From positions 41,788,001-41,852,000 of the forward strand of contig NC_086121.1 in NCBI RefSeq assembly GCF_963921235.1: a stretch of 64,000 nt of DNA, read 5' to 3'. The DNA is from Mobula hypostoma (lineage: Eukaryota). The notes under the pieces are model-generated. The model made no database searches, was not told the origin of the DNA, and was given only the letters and a program-made list of their open reading frames with translations. Positions 1 to 13,450 of this stretch are shown one piece after another. Every line of letters begins with the position of its first letter. Positions within the stretch are counted from its first letter, which is position 1. Both the position numbers and the translations under genes were made by a program.

Positions 1-429
1 TGAAGTGGAGAAGTTTGACATCTGAAGAGTAACACAGATCTCTGAATACAGACCTGATAGTATTGAAGACAAAGATAGAGTTTTATGTGCCAAGTGCATC
101 AAGAAACATGAAGGAGAGGATGGAGTTAAAGTCAAAAATCAGTCAGGATGTTATCAAATGGCTGAACCAGCCTGAGGAGTGGAATGGTCCACAATGTTAC
201 CAATTCTTGTATAAGACAACAGAAGGATCTATATCTCTTTGCAGAAGGAGTTTTGATTTACTGTAAAAAAAAAGTAGCAGAAAGGTTTGTGAAGTCTGAG
301 TAAAGTATTTCTTCACCAAAATAATATGGAGGGTTCAGAACTCGCTACCTAAAGGGGTGGAAGCAGGGACCACCTCAAGATTTAAAAGAAACTGAACATG
401 CAATGTACTCTGCTGTAATGGTTACAGGC

Positions 430-680
430 AGAGCGACAGCACAGCAGGTAGTTCTGCTGCTTCATTGCTCCAGGACCCGGCTTCGATTCTGACCTTGCAC
501 ACTGTCTCTGTAGATTTTATGTGTTGTCCCTGTGACCAAATGGGTTTTCCCTGAGTGCTTCTATTTTCCTGCCGCATCCCAAAAGACATCTGGTTAATTT
601 GTCAATGTGAATCATTAGATGGGCAGTAGATTGTTCCATATCGTCAGCATGGACATAATGGGCTGAATGTCCTATGTGTT
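430..680 (+). mobile_element. Degenerate V-domain SINE (HE1-like)
   Basis: tRNA-like head (gacccggcttcgattctgacc) followed by a V-domain-like core (tgtccctgtgacc..tgggttttccctgagtgcttctattttcctgccgcatcccaaaagac) and a CR1-type tail; similar to copies at 43570 and 49045. Confidence 0.65.
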
Positions 681-1032
681 AAAAATATATAAAATACAGG
701 ACACTTAAAAGAGAAATGCCAATAAGCTGTTTATCTCTTGCTCAGTTGGAATGGACACAAAGTATTAATTGCCCTTTTTGTCTGAGGATTCTATAATCTT
801 CGGAATCTTATGATTTTGTCTTTGTTTGAAACACAGCAACAATGCATAAAAATGGTGAATTAGGATTACTGTTTAGGTTGAGCCAATATGTGGACAAGAG
901 GAACTTACTGTGAGTTTTCTCCCAAGTTCCATTCATTATCAGGTATGTAAAAGTGCCATTGCTTGCATAAATCATTATGGGAAACCACAGTTAAAGTGCT
1001 CCAATCCGTGGTACTTAGATTAGAGCAGTGGC

Positions 1033-2072
1033 ACATAGAAACACAGAAACATAGAAAATAGGTGCAGGAGTAGGCCATTCGGCCCTTCGAGCCTGCACCG
1101 CCATTTATTATGATCATGGCTGATCATCCAACTCAGAACCCCACCTCAGCCTTCCCACCATACCCCCTGACCCCTGTAGCCACAAGGACCATATCTAACT
1201 CCCTCTTAAATATAGCCAATGAACTGGCCTCAACTGTTTCCTGTGGCAGAGAATTCCACAGATTCACCACTCTCTGTGTGAGGAAGTTCTTCCTAATCTC
1301 GGTCCTAAAAGGCTTCCCCTCTATCCTCAAACTGTGACCCCTCGTTCTGGACTTCCCCAACATCAGGAACAATCTTCCTGCATCTAGCCTGTCCAATCCC
1401 TTTAGGATTTTATACGTTTCAATCAGATCCCCCCTCAATCTTCTAAATTCCAATGAGTACAAGCCCAGTTCATCCAGTCTTTCTTCATATGAAAGTCCTG
1501 CCATCCCAGGAATCAATCTGGTGAACCTCCTTTGTACTCCCTCTATGGCAAGGATGTCTTTCCTCAGATTAGGGGACCAAAACTGCACACAATACTCCAG
1601 GTGTGGTCTCACCAAGGCCTTGTACAACTGCAGTAGTACCTCCCTGCTCCTGTACTCGAATCCTATTGCTATAAATGCCAGCATACCATTCGCCTTTTTC
1701 ACCGCCTGCTGTACCTGCATGCCCACTTTCAATGACTGGTGTATAATGACACCCAGGTCTCGTTGCACCTCCCCTTCTCCTAATCGGCCACCATTCAGAT
1801 AATAATCTGTTTTCCTATTTTTGCCACCAAAGTGGATAACTTCACATTTATCCACATTAAGTTGCATCTGCCATGAATTTGCCCACTCACCCAACCTATC
1901 CAAGTCACCCTGCATCCTCTTAGCATCCTCCTCACAGCTAACACTGCCACCCAGCTTCGTGTCATCCGCAAACTTGGAGATGCTGCATTTAATTCCCTCA
2001 TCCAAGTCATTAATATATATTGTAAACAACTGGGGTCCCAGCACTGAGCCTTGCGGTACCCCACTAGTCACC
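1033..2072 (-). mobile_element. Young 5'-truncated CR1 LINE (RT C-terminal part + 3'UTR)
   Basis: ORF 1133..2143: VTSGVPQGSVLGP, SKFADDTKL, LVRPHLEYCVQFWSP, RTRGH; (CATAGAAA)n tail at 1033-1058; near-identical to copies at 17850, 23141 and 34215. Confidence 0.95.
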
Positions 2073-2917
2073 TCACTCTCCAATCTAGCTAGCTCGCTCT
2101 TTAATTTCTCTTCATAAATAGCATGTTCCACAGACTTCAGCACTCAGCTTGAAGGTACGTAATGGCTCAGACTTTGTGCTGAAGACCACCCCCCCATCCT
2201 GAGTATGTTCAAGTATGAACATGTAGCCAGTAAACCAACGCACAGTAAAACACCACATTATTTCTACTCCTTGTGCTGACATCCAACTCAAGGACAAACA
2301 CCCCTTCTTCAGAAAATGGTGTTGTGCTTGGACAATTAACAGTATTCACTGCATGTATAGCTTAATATTTAAATTCAAACTGAGCTATACCCAGATTTTC
2401 AGAAGATGAAATGATTCCAACTTGGAACAAATGATAAATCCCTCTTCAAACTGTCAGCAAGTATGATATCTTTGAGTTTGGAGCATTTGCAATTCTTCAT
2501 CAATGCCAATTCCTTCTAAACCTGTTGACTGTATCTCTGCTGAGTATCAATTAGCTTCAGTCACAATGAAGAAATCTTCCAGTCAGATAAATGCAAATAA
2601 GTTCTTCTCACATACACCTTAGATTGATAAAACATCACCTAAATCTCACTGAGTTCTCTTTAATTAATTGGTCTGTCAGTAACTGTAGCTTCGCATACAG
2701 CACATCTGTTGTTGCAAGGTATGTTTAAACCTCTCAGCGGACTGTCAGTGCATCTTAACTACCAAACACACATTCACAAAATATCAGTAGATTAATTCGT
2801 TAAAGCCTGATTGTAAAAGAAAATTTTCAAACTGCTAACTCAGCTGCTTTGAACTTTATCCAATTAAATAAACATTATCAGACTATTGTAAGTATTCAAT
2901 AACTCATAAGCATAGGA

Positions 2918-3040
2918 CATTCTGCAGATGCTGGAAATCCAAAGCAACACACACAAAATGCTGGAGGAACTCAGCAGGTCAGGCAGCATCGATAGAAATG
3001 AATAAACAGTCAACATTTTGGGTTGCGACCCTTCTTCAGT
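2918..3040 (-). mobile_element. Penelope-like pLTR fragment with mutated hammerhead core
   Basis: ctgcagatgctggaaatcc..aaatgctggaggaactcagcaggtcaggcagcatc is homologous to the 9135-9230 pLTR; minus strand reads CTGAAGA AGGG..CCC AAAA. Confidence 0.75.
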
Positions 3041-3181
3041 GACTCAGTAATTCAGCTGTTGAGCCAGCTGTCAATATAAAAATATTAATATAAAGTCATT
3101 AATTTATATTAAAAGTATATTTGAAAAAAATCAGCAATTGTACAATATATAATATGTACAGTACAATGGGCAATATAATAT

Positions 3182-3645
3182 GTGTAAGGAAGGATGTGCT
3201 GACTGTGGAGAGAGTCCAGAGGAGATACACAAGAATTATTCTGGGAATGAAAAAATTAACCAAGAGGTTAATCAACTGCTATCTCAATGGAGTTCAGAAG
3301 GATGAGGGGGTATCTCATTGAAACCTACCAAATACTTAAAGACCTGGATAGAGTGGATGGAGAGAATGTTTTCATTACTCGGTGAATTTGAAGTCTGAGC
3401 GCACAGCATCAGAATAAAAGGATGTCACTTTGTAATTGAGATAAGAGGGATTTCTTCAGCCAGAAGGTGCTGAATGGTGGAATTCATTCCAATGGAGACT
3501 GTAGAGGCCAAGTCATTGGGTGTATCTAAGGCAGCAATTGACAGGTTTTTGGTTGGTAAGGGGGTTAAGGGTTATGTAGAGGTGGCAGGAGAATGCAGCT
3601 TAGAAACATCAGCCATGATTGGTGGAGCAGACATTGGCTAAATTG
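3182..3645 (+). mobile_element. Old CR1 3' fragment
   Basis: RKDVLTVERVQRRYTRII in ORF 3121; degenerate CR1 3'UTR (tcagccatgatt..ggagcagac). Confidence 0.8.
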
Positions 3646-4689
3646 TCCACACTTCACTGGCCTCAGACAATGGACTTACTGAACTCTATGCATACATTGG
3701 ACATGCAATATCTGCTGGGTGGTCTAGAGTTACTGAAAGTATTAAACCCACTGGAGATCTTGCATTCAATGCTATACTACCATCACTCAAAGTATGGCAT
3801 GCACAGGACATCAGAAACAGTGCAAATTGCATTCGTGTTATACAATATGATTAGAGTGTTGTTGTCATTTAACAGCTGGAAGTAATGCTGCTTCCAGCCC
3901 ATTCACTGGAATGATTATACACTTTAGAATTTGAAAGTGACCTTGAGAAACTCCGAGACAGCATTGGTGAAGGGATAGATAAAGACATTTCTCAAAGCAT
4001 TTTTCTTGCTGCTTAAAGTGTCTAAAATTAGAGCAGATATCTTGTACGTACAACAGTAGGCTGATCTTCTACTGCAAGCTGAGGTCAAACTTTCAGCACT
4101 GCAATGTGCTGCAGGTGTGAGTTCCTAATGATCTGCTGAATCTTGAGGCAATATGTACATCTCCAAAATCAAAGTGAGCTGTCTGAAGCAGAAAGGAGGG
4201 AGGGGTATATTCAGTTTCAGAGGAAGGGGGACGATTAATCCATTGTAACTCAGCCTAAACCCTGGTGTTAATGGAGAGCATGCAAAATATTGGCAATTGA
4301 CTTTCTCCCAACAATGAGTTGTTCCTGAACTTCTTGCTTCATCCATTGGTGGTCCTGGAAATGCTAGCTGATCCATCAGCTCTGTTGGCAGGTGCAAGCC
4401 AGAGACCCCAAGAGCTCTAAGTTGTTAGTATCTATAGTTTTGTTGACAAAACCTGACCTGACACACAGCCCCACTCCCAAACTCTCCTTTTGGCTGGACC
4501 TAAATCAGCAGCCTCACAGACTAATGGATGGACAACTAGGTAGCGTATCAATCAGCCAGCCTATAATCAGCTACTTAAACAATCTGTCAGTTCAAATTCA
4601 AACAATTATCCCATTCAACTCATTTTCTAGGTAGAGGGAGACAAGAACAGCATTAAATCTTCAATCAGGTTATTTAAGAGATGGGATGT

Positions 4690-5660
4690 GATTCACTTGG
4701 CCATGATGCAACTAGTTAAGATACTCTCCACTGTGCATCTATAGTAGTTTGTCAAAGTTTTTGGTGACATGCCAAATCTACACAAGCTTCGAAGAAGAGG
4801 TGCTTCTTTATGATCATGTTCTTTTGTGTTGGTCCCAGGTAGATCCCTTGATGTACTCATGCTAAGGAAAGAAAGCTATTGAACCTCTGTACCTCTATTA
4901 CCTTGTCGAGGACTGGCTTGTGGACCCTGGCTTCTTCATCCTGTAGATGAGCTCTTCGGTTTTGCTGTTACTGAGTTAAAAGGTTGTTCTCACAGCACTG
5001 AACCAAATTTTCATTCTGCCCCTCTTTATTTCCATTTGTCACCATCTTTGATTTGGCCAGTGTTGGTGGTGTCATCAGCAAACTTAAGATAAGGCATTGG
5101 AGCTGTATTTAGCCACACAATAATAAGTATAAAGTGAGTAGAGCAGGGGAGCTAAGCACACAGGAATATGGTGCCCATGCTGATGGTGATAGTAGAGGTA
5201 GTGCTATTGGTGATCCAAGTTGCCAGTGAGGAAATTGTGGATCCAGTTACACAATGAGGCACCAAGGCCTGGTCTTAGAGCTTACAGATGAATTCTGAGG
5301 GGATGACAGTGTTGAATGCTGAGGTGTAGTTGATGAAGACTCTCCTGACGAACACATCTTCATTGTCCGTATGTTACCTAGCTGAGTGAAAAGCCTATGA
5401 AATGGCATCTGCTGTTGGCATGTTGTGACAGTAGGCAAATTGGAGTAGAAGCAGGTCACTCCTCAATCAGTACTTGATATGCTTCATGACTAACTTCTCA
5501 TTGCACTTCACCACAGTGGATGTACAGTAATTGATACTGGACAATAGTCATTGAGGGAGGTTAACATATTCTTTCTGGGCACTGGTATGATTGATGCCTG
5601 CTTGAATCAAGTGGTACCTCAGACTGCCCAGGCGAGAGGTTGAAGATATTGGCAAACACT
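4690..5660 (-). mobile_element. Old Rex1/Babar LINE RT fragment
   Basis: gtcatcagcaaactt (KFADD on minus) at about 5071; LAGVFANIFNLS in ORF 5561..5776; many stops. Confidence 0.75.
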
Positions 5661-5839
5661 CCAGCAAGTTGATTCACTCTATCCACTGGATATAGTGCCA
5701 ACTCTAGGTCCACTAAACACGTTGCAATTATTGGGGATAATCTCTGAATGCACTGCATTCTATTGACACCTTGCACTAACCTGAGGCTCTGTGTTTATTA
5801 TTGGATGCATTAAACTCATTTACACATTCTCACTGTATT

Positions 5840-7213
5840 CACTGGACCCCCTGCAGTTCGCGTATCGTCCAAACCGCTCAACAGATGATGCCATCGCCAG
5901 CACTCTCCACCTGGCCCTCATCTACCTGGACAAAAAAGACATGTATGTTCAAATGCTGTTTATAGACTTCAGCTCAGCATTCAACACAATCATTCCTCAG
6001 CACGTGACTGGAAAGCTGAGCCTACTGGGCCTGAACACCTCCCTCTGCAACTGGATCCTAGACTTCCTGACTGGGAGACCTCAGTCAGTCTGGATCGGGA
6101 GCAGCATCTCCAACACCATCACACTGAGCACAGGGGCCCCCCAGGGCTGTGTGCTCAGTCCACTGCTGTTCACTCTGCTGACCCACGACTGTGCTGCAAC
6201 ACACAGCTCGAACCACATCATCAAGTTCGCCAATGACACGACCGTGATGGGTCTCACCAGCATACAGAGAGCAGGTGCAGCAGCTAACGGATTGGTGCAG
6301 AGCCAACAACCTGTCTCTGAATGTGAACAAAACAAAAGAGATGGTTGTTGACTTCAGGAGAGCACGGAGCAACCTCTCTCCACTGAACATTGACGGCTCC
6401 TCCGTTGAGATCCTTAAGAGCACCAAATTTCTTGATGTTCACCTAGCGGAGAATCTCACCTGGTCCCTCAACACCAGTTCCATAGCCAAGAAAGCACAGC
6501 AGCGTCTCTACTTTCTGTGAAGGCTGAGAAAAGTCCATCTCCCACCCCACCATCCTCACCACATTCTACAGAGGTTGTATTGAGAGCATCCTGAGCAGCT
6601 GCATCACTGCCTGGTTCAGGAATTGCACCGTCTCGGATCGCAAGACACTGCAGTGGATAGTGAGGTCAGCTGAGAAGATCATCGGAGTCTCTCTTCCCAC
6701 CATTACAGACATTTACACTACACGCAGCACCCGTAAAGCCAACAGCATTGCGAAGAACCTCACGCACCCCTCATACAAACTCTTCTCCCTCCTGCCATCT
6801 GGCAAAAGGTACCGAAGCATTCGGGCTCTCACGACCAGACTGTGCAACAGTTTCTTCCCCCAAGCCATAGACTCCTTAATATCCAGAGACTAGACTGACA
6901 TCTACATCATTTATTATTATATCGTAATTTGTCCTCTACTGTGCCTATTGTCTTGTTTATTATTTATTGTACTGCCCTGCACTGTTTTGTGCACTTTATG
7001 TAGTCCTGTGTAAGTCTGTAGTCTAGTGCAGTTTTTGTGTTTTCTTACGTAATCTAGTGTAGCCTTGTGTTGTCTCACTTAGTCTAGTGTAGTTTTGTGT
7101 TGTTTCATGTAGCACCATGGTCCTGGAGGAACGTTGTTTCGTTTTTACTGTGTACTGTACCAGCAGTTATGGTCGAAATGACAATAAAAAGCGACTTGAC
7201 TTGACTTGACTTG
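5840..7213 (+). mobile_element. 5'-truncated Rex1/Babar LINE (RT + 3'UTR)
   Basis: [53 protein letters not shown]; AATAAA followed by a (GACTT)n tail at about 7183-7213; frameshifted. Confidence 0.92.
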
Positions 7214-8452
7214 ATGTTACACTTATTTGAGTTCTCAAACACAGCACACTATTGACGCACTGATTAAATACACTGTTTTCCATGGGCACACCCCACAGCA
7301 CACTGTCACAGCCCCAGATATTGCAGAATTATTGAAGGGAATGACACACGGGTTACATTTGACTGACTTAACATACTGCATTCACCAGGCTCCCTACACA
7401 CCCTGCAACAATGGGACATGGATACCAACCTACAAGTAGCTGCCCCCTGTCTTAACTTTGCCAGATTCTTTATAATGATAATAGAATCAGCCTTCCCTCA
7501 AATGAGGACTTTAATTTACAGATCATCTTATCTTTTCTCATTACCATCTTGAAATATTCAGTGTTATAGTCACTACCTGCAAAAATGCTCTTCCAGTGGC
7601 ACTTCAAACAGTTCCCCAGCTGCTCTCAAGTGCTGGATTAGTTTCAGCACAGCCCTTCTTCAGTTGGATTATCTACATACCAGCTCAAAACACTCTCATA
7701 GAAACATGTTAAATGCCATCCCCCCAATTCTTCCATAGTTCCCAGATAATACTGGGGAAGATTGAATCCCCTACCGCTCTAACACTTCTACACCTTCACC
7801 TCTCCATGCTTTGTCTACATATCTGTTGCACTGTCTTCTGCTGATTCTTTGGAGGTTTGTATTATACATCCTGCATTGCAATTGACCCTTTTTGTTTGTA
7901 ATCTCTGCCCATGTGGCCTCAGTAGAAGAGATTTCTAGATTTCTGAACTCTGCACACTGTACAGAATGGACTCACTTTAAACATTCGATACAGTGCCTAC
8001 TCCACACTACTGAAATTATACCCACTAGATGCACAGCACTCATGAAACCATCAATGAGGAACATAGTCTTAGGCTGATGCTGAAATGGGCAGAATAACAT
8101 CAGATGAAATACAATCTTCAATGGACATCCCATCATAGGCTCCACTCACTGTAGTCATTGGATACTCTGTAGTCTCTGGGTACTGAGCACACATTGAATA
8201 AACTGCACCTAGCTCTCACCAGTTGGACTGTATAGACGGGTCAGGTCATCCTGATTGGATGTACCACACTGAACACTTCAGAGCACAACATGCATTAGTC
8301 TCTATGTTCATTGCAAATCACATGCACAATGAACCACATGCACAGACTGGAGACCCAGCACTCGCTAAACACAAAGAATTTATTACAATTCTGTTCTAAC
8401 TCGTCACACATCATCTACTACCTGCACTCATGTGAACCCTGAATATCCTGTG

Positions 8453-8700
8453 CTCAATACACACTTCATCCAATACACCACTACACCAAATACACCCTGC
8501 ACCCAATACACACTGCATCCAATACACACTGCATCCAATACACACTGCATCCAACACACTGCATTCAATACACCCTGCATCCAATACACACTGCATCCAA
8601 TACACACTGCATCCAATAGACCTTGCACTCAATAAATTGTGCATCCAATACACCCTTCATACAATATACACTGCATCCAATACACTCTGCATTCAATACA
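8453..8700. repeat. 16-bp minisatellite (ATCCAATACACACTGC)n, about 15 degenerate units
   Basis: Tandem units read directly, e.g. 8502-8618; explains the repetitive ORFs at 8411-8653. Confidence 0.9.
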
Positions 8701-9134
8701 AATGCAGGAGGAGATATAAAATTAGAGGAAATTTACAGTGCAGAGCAAGCCAGCCAGTCCATAGAGTCATGGTTGATGAGAGAGGATCTATATATACTGA
8801 AAATCCAACTGCCAGCAATGGAACATCAGCTTCTTCAAAAACAATGTCACCCTTTCAGTCACTTGAGTTCCAGACCTACACCACCTGTGGTGAGAATATT
8901 CTTTTATCTTCAGTCTAACCCTTTAACGATCATTCAAATCCACCCCCTTTGGGTTTTGATCCCCTTGTCAAGGGAAATACATCCATCTTACTTCAGTTTG
9001 GGTCCACATAATTTCACACACTTCCCGTTTCTGTCCCCTCAAGCCTTCCCCCTTCAGTCCTAGAAACATCCTGACCTCGTACATCCTCATATCCTCTGCA
9101 CCTCCTCTGCACCTCCTCAAGCACATTTATCCCA

Positions 9135-10115
9135 TCTCAAAGTTGCTGGTGAATGCAGCAGGCCAGGCAGCATCTCTAGGAAGAGGTACAGCCGACGTTT
9201 CGGGCCGAGACCCTTCGTCAGGACTAACTGAAGGAAGAGTGAGTAAGGGATTTGAAAGTGGGACGGGAAGGGGGAGATCCAAAATGATAGGAGAAGACAG
9301 GAGGGGGAGGGATGGAGCCAAGAGCTGGACAGGTGATAGGCAAAAGGGATATGAGAGGATCATGGGACAGGAGGCCCAGGGAAAAGGAAAAGGGGGAGTA
9401 GGGGAAAAAAACCCAGAGGATGGGCAAGGGGTATAGTCAGAGGGACACAGGGAGTAAAAGGAGAGAGAGAGAAAGAATGTGTGTATATAAATAAATAACG
9501 AATGGGGTACGAGGGGGAGGTGGGGCATTAGCGGAAGTTAGAGAAGTCAATGTTCATGCCATCAGGTTGGAGGCTACCCAGATGGAATATAAGGTGTTGT
9601 TCCTCCAACCTGAGAGTGGCTTCATCTTTACAGTAGAGGAGGCCGTGGATAGACATATCAGAATGGGAATGCGATGTGGAATTAAAATATGTGGCCACTG
9701 GGAGATCTTGCTTTCTCTGGCGGACAGAGCGTAGGTGTTCAGCAAAATGATCTCCCAGTCTGCGTCGGGTCTCACCAATATATAGAAGGCCACATCGGGA
9801 GTACTGGACGTAGTATATGAATGGTGGTAAGGGAGGAAGTGTAAGGGCATGTGTAGCACTTGTTCCGCTTACAAGGATAAGTGCCAAGAGGGAGATCAGT
9901 GGGGAGGGATGGAGGGGACGAATGGACAATGGAGTCGCGTAGGGAGTGATCCCTGTAGAAAGCTGGGGGGGAGGGAAAGATGTGCTTAGTGGTGGGATTC
10001 CATTGCAGGTGGCGGAGGTTACGGAGAATAACATGTTGGACCCGGAGGTTGGTGGAGTGGTAGGTGAGGACCAGGGGAACCCTATTCCTAGTGCGGTGGT
10101 GGGAGGATGGAGTGA
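9135..10115 (-). mobile_element. Penelope-like element, 3' portion (linker + GIY-YIG endonuclease + pLTR), defective
   Basis: YYVQYSRCGLLYIGETRRRLGDHFAEH...PVATYFN...EQHLIFHLGSLQPDGMN (ORF 9528..10145); upstream RVPLVLTYH and a CxxxxCxxC linker (CKRNKCYTC, Neptune-like); frameshift/deletion between the two parts. Confidence 0.9.
9186..9228 (-). ncRNA. Minimal type I hammerhead ribozyme motif in the Penelope pLTR
   Basis: Minus strand: UAGUC-CUGACGA-A-GGG UCUCGG CCC-GAAA-C-GUC/GGCUG; core CUGANGA and GAAA intact; stem I UAGUC pairs with GGCUG (with G-U pairs); stem III vestigial. Confidence 0.75.
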
Positions 10116-10545
10116 GGAAAATGTGGATTTGAATGATATTACCAAAGTTCTGCAATTTGTGGATTTATGGACTGTGAATTGCAGTTCAGATTGGTCTCTT
10201 TTAGTGTTTTTTTATATTCTGTCTTTTAGCCCATTCTTTCTTGTTGCCATTCTGCACAATTTGTTAGTTTTTTGTGCAGAGGGGGTTGGGGTTTGATGTT
10301 CTTGCAGTTTGCACCATTTGTTTTACTGCATAAAGGGAGGATTCTTGCTAGTTGCGCAATTTTTTTGCATGGGGGGTTGATTATCGTGTTGTCGTTTGCA
10401 TGATTTGCTCTTCTTGTGTGGAGTTGATATGTTTCTTTGAAGGATTTCCATGGTTTTCTTTGTTTTGTGGCTGTCTGGAGAAGACCATCACAGAGTTGTA
10501 TACTGGATACGCACTTCGATAATAAATGAACCGTTGAACCTTGGA
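10115..10545 (+). mobile_element. Non-coding retroposon fragment with Rex1-type 3' tail
   Basis: T/G-rich body ending gttttgtggctgtctgg..gttgta..cttcgataataaatgaaccgttgaacc, similar to 13880-14180 and 44995-45995. Confidence 0.55.
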
Positions 10546-10658
10546 ATCTCTGAGGGAAAGTGATACATTGCAAGTGATCAGTCATGGTCTAGCTCAGTGA
10601 CTCCCAGACCTTTTTGGATTACTGGCACCTTGGCTCCCACACCACATCCACATTGCCA

Positions 10659-11643
10659 CATAAGAACATAAGAAATGGGAGCAGGAGTAGGCCAGATCTG
10701 GCCCGTTGAGCCTGCTCTGCCATTCAATAAGATCATGGCTGATCTGACAATGGACTCATCTTCACTTACCAGCCTTCTCCCCAGAACCGTTAATTCCCCT
10801 ACTATGCAAAAATCTATCCAACCTTTTCTTAAATATATTTACTGAGGGCACCTCCACTGTTCATTGGGCAGAAAATTCCACTGATTCACCACTCTTTGGG
10901 ATAGCAGTTCCTCCTCATCTCCAACCTAAATCTACTCCCTCAAAACTTGAGGCTGTGTCCCCTAATTCTAGTCTCACCTACTAGTGGAAACAACTTTCCT
11001 CCCTCTACCTTATCTATCCCTTTCATAATTTTATATGTTTCTTTAAAATCTCCCCTCATTCTTCTGAATTCCAGCAAGTACAGTCCCAAGTGACTCAATC
11101 TCTGCTGATAGTCTAAACCCCCTCATCTCTGGAATCAACCCGGTGAACCTCCTTTGTATCACCTCCAAAGTCAGTATATCCTTCCTCAAGTAGGGAGACC
11201 AGAACTGCTCTTAAATTCAATCCCTCTTGCAATGAAGGCTAATATTCCATGTGCCTGCTGCACCTGTAAACCAACCTTTTGCAATTCATGCACAAGCATT
11301 CCTAAGTCCTTCTGCATAGCAGCATGCTGTAATCTTTTACCATTTAAATAATAATTTGATCTTCCATTTTTCCGTCCAAGTGGATGATCTTGCATTTCTC
11401 AACATTTTACTCCATTTGCTAGACCCTTGCCTGCTCCATATCTGTCCATATCTCTCTGTATCCTCTGCACAGTCTGCTTTTCCACTCAATTTAGTGTCAT
11501 CAGCAAACTTAGGTACCCTGCACTCAGCCCCCTCTTGCGGAGTGTTAATGTATATTGTGAACAGTTGCGGGCCCAGCACCGACTCCTGCAACACACTGCT
11601 CACCACTGATTGCCAGCCAGAGAAACACCCATGTATCCCAACC
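10659..11643 (-). mobile_element. CR1 3' fragment (older subfamily)
   Basis: [24 protein letters not shown] (ORF 11337..11606); (CATAAGAA)n tail at 10659-10675. Confidence 0.88.
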
Positions 11644-12229
11644 TATAATGTGAATACCAGTATAACCATTGTTGTATACCTTCTAGCCCACTGTCAACTA
11701 CGCAGACAACTTTCTGTATCATCTGCTAACTTCTTTATCATGGTCCCTAACATTTAAATTGATATTTAATACATGTCAAAGATCTAGTGACCAAGTTTTG
11801 AGCCCTGTGGAACAGCCTCTAGTATAAAAGCATCTGTCAATCAATCTCCTTTGCATCTTGTCTTGTGAGACATAGTCACATCAGACTTTACTGTCCATAT
11901 CGATTTTGAATATGAATGGAATAAAGGGAACTGTGGATTTAAATATTACCGAAGACCCTTCCCTTTCCAGCCATCACCTAAAAACAATAAAGAATTTTGA
12001 CCTACAATACACAGTGAAAGAAAATAGGAACTGCAAATTAAAAGCAATGGCAAATAATTGCATAAATTATTCAAATCTTTTTACAGGTACAAATGAAATT
12101 GTTTTTGATTTAATTACAATAAAAACAATTTCCATGAACAAACTTAGAGAGGGCATTAGTAGTCCATCAATTCACTACTTCATTGCTTTTTCACCTTTCA
12201 ATGAGATGGATGAGCTTGGTTCCATGATA

Positions 12230-13450
12230 TCAGCTTCTCGACATCAGGCTGAATGTCACTCAGATCCCCACATTCAGTAATTTGCAGTCTGTTTCATTGA
12301 TATGAAAGAAGTTGAGTGACTGCACTGAAACTGATGTTGGAACATCTTGACCTTTTTTCCACATGGCAGGATAGCATTCAGATATTCCTTTCTGCAACCA
12401 AATGACATGATATGATTTTTTGAACCTCAGCTTCGTCCCAAAGTCATTTTGTAGCAAGATCAGCTCTTCCTTTATCCTTCCTGTTAATTCCTCATTACAA
12501 GTGTTCAGGAATGGAATTAATATCCTATCTGGGATTTGGATGGAAGGAAGATCCTGAATCTCCTCTACATGTCTTTATGCAGCTCATCTAGATGGGCACA
12601 GTATACTTAAATATAATCATCATCTGGTATTCTTCCTTTCTCTTCCAACAGAGAGGCTCAGAAATTGGAAACGGTCTTGACAGCTAATGTTGTACTTAAA
12701 TCGGGTTAACTTGGACGGAAATGTGGAGACAACAGATTTGACTTAAATAAGATTCACATCATTTCCTTGCAATTAAAGACTGATTTCATTAAACTTTTAG
12801 AGTAATTCTGAAAAACAAGCCATGTCATGCCTAATATTCTTGAGTTGATTTCCGAATGAAGGATTTGAGTCTTCGAAGAATTTTATGACAGTTTTAAAAG
12901 CACATAAAATCACCTTAGGCAGTTTGCTTTTGATCATCAGACTTCTGTGTGCATCAGCAAGCATTCCAACTCTTCATCATTCTCAATAAAAAGCTCTTAA
13001 AATAGTTGAGAATTGACTGCATGAACTTGATTTTATTTACCACTTTGATAACAGTATTTCATGATTTGTGCAGCCAATCACTTTTTTTGCAACAAGATGT
13101 TGTCTGTGAATTGCACAATAAATGGTAAATATGATAGGTACAGCTTTTTTCAAGAATGTAAGAACACCACGATGGTGTCCTGTCATTGATGGTCCTTCAT
13201 CTGTTATTGCACAAGCAAGAACGTCAGTGAAAGGAATGTCCTTCTCTTTGAAAAATTGCTCAACAACCCAACATATTGACGTTCCCTTCATATCTGTTTC
13301 CAGTCCTCTTACAAACAGTGACTGTTGAATAATGGTTTCATCTTTTCTGAAACAAATATAACCAAGAAGCAGAGGTTGTTGCCTGGAAAAGTTGACTCAT
13401 CAACTGCAGAGCAAATTATGTTGTCCAAAGTATGTTGTACATCGTGACTT
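12230..13450 (-). mobile_element. hAT (Charlie/Buster-type) transposase fossil
   Basis: Minus-strand remnants: ALQL..EST near 13400; TDEGPSMTG..IYCAIHRQHLVAK (13037..13291); LLMHTEV**SKANCL near 12940; LQND..FKKSYHVIWLQK..YPAMW dimerisation region; many stops. Confidence 0.85.

Noticed and set aside
1521-2117. Antisense ORFs recurring at several loci (also 34701-35237)
   Set aside because: They recur only because they are the opposite strand of near-identical CR1 copies.
8411-9063. Repetitive Cys/His-rich ORFs
   Set aside because: Translations of the 16-bp minisatellite.
12230-13450. Domesticated ZBED/SCAND3/GTF2IRD2-like gene
   Set aside because: Multiple stops and frameshifts, including in the TEVRW motif; a transposon fossil. 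No TIRs were identified.
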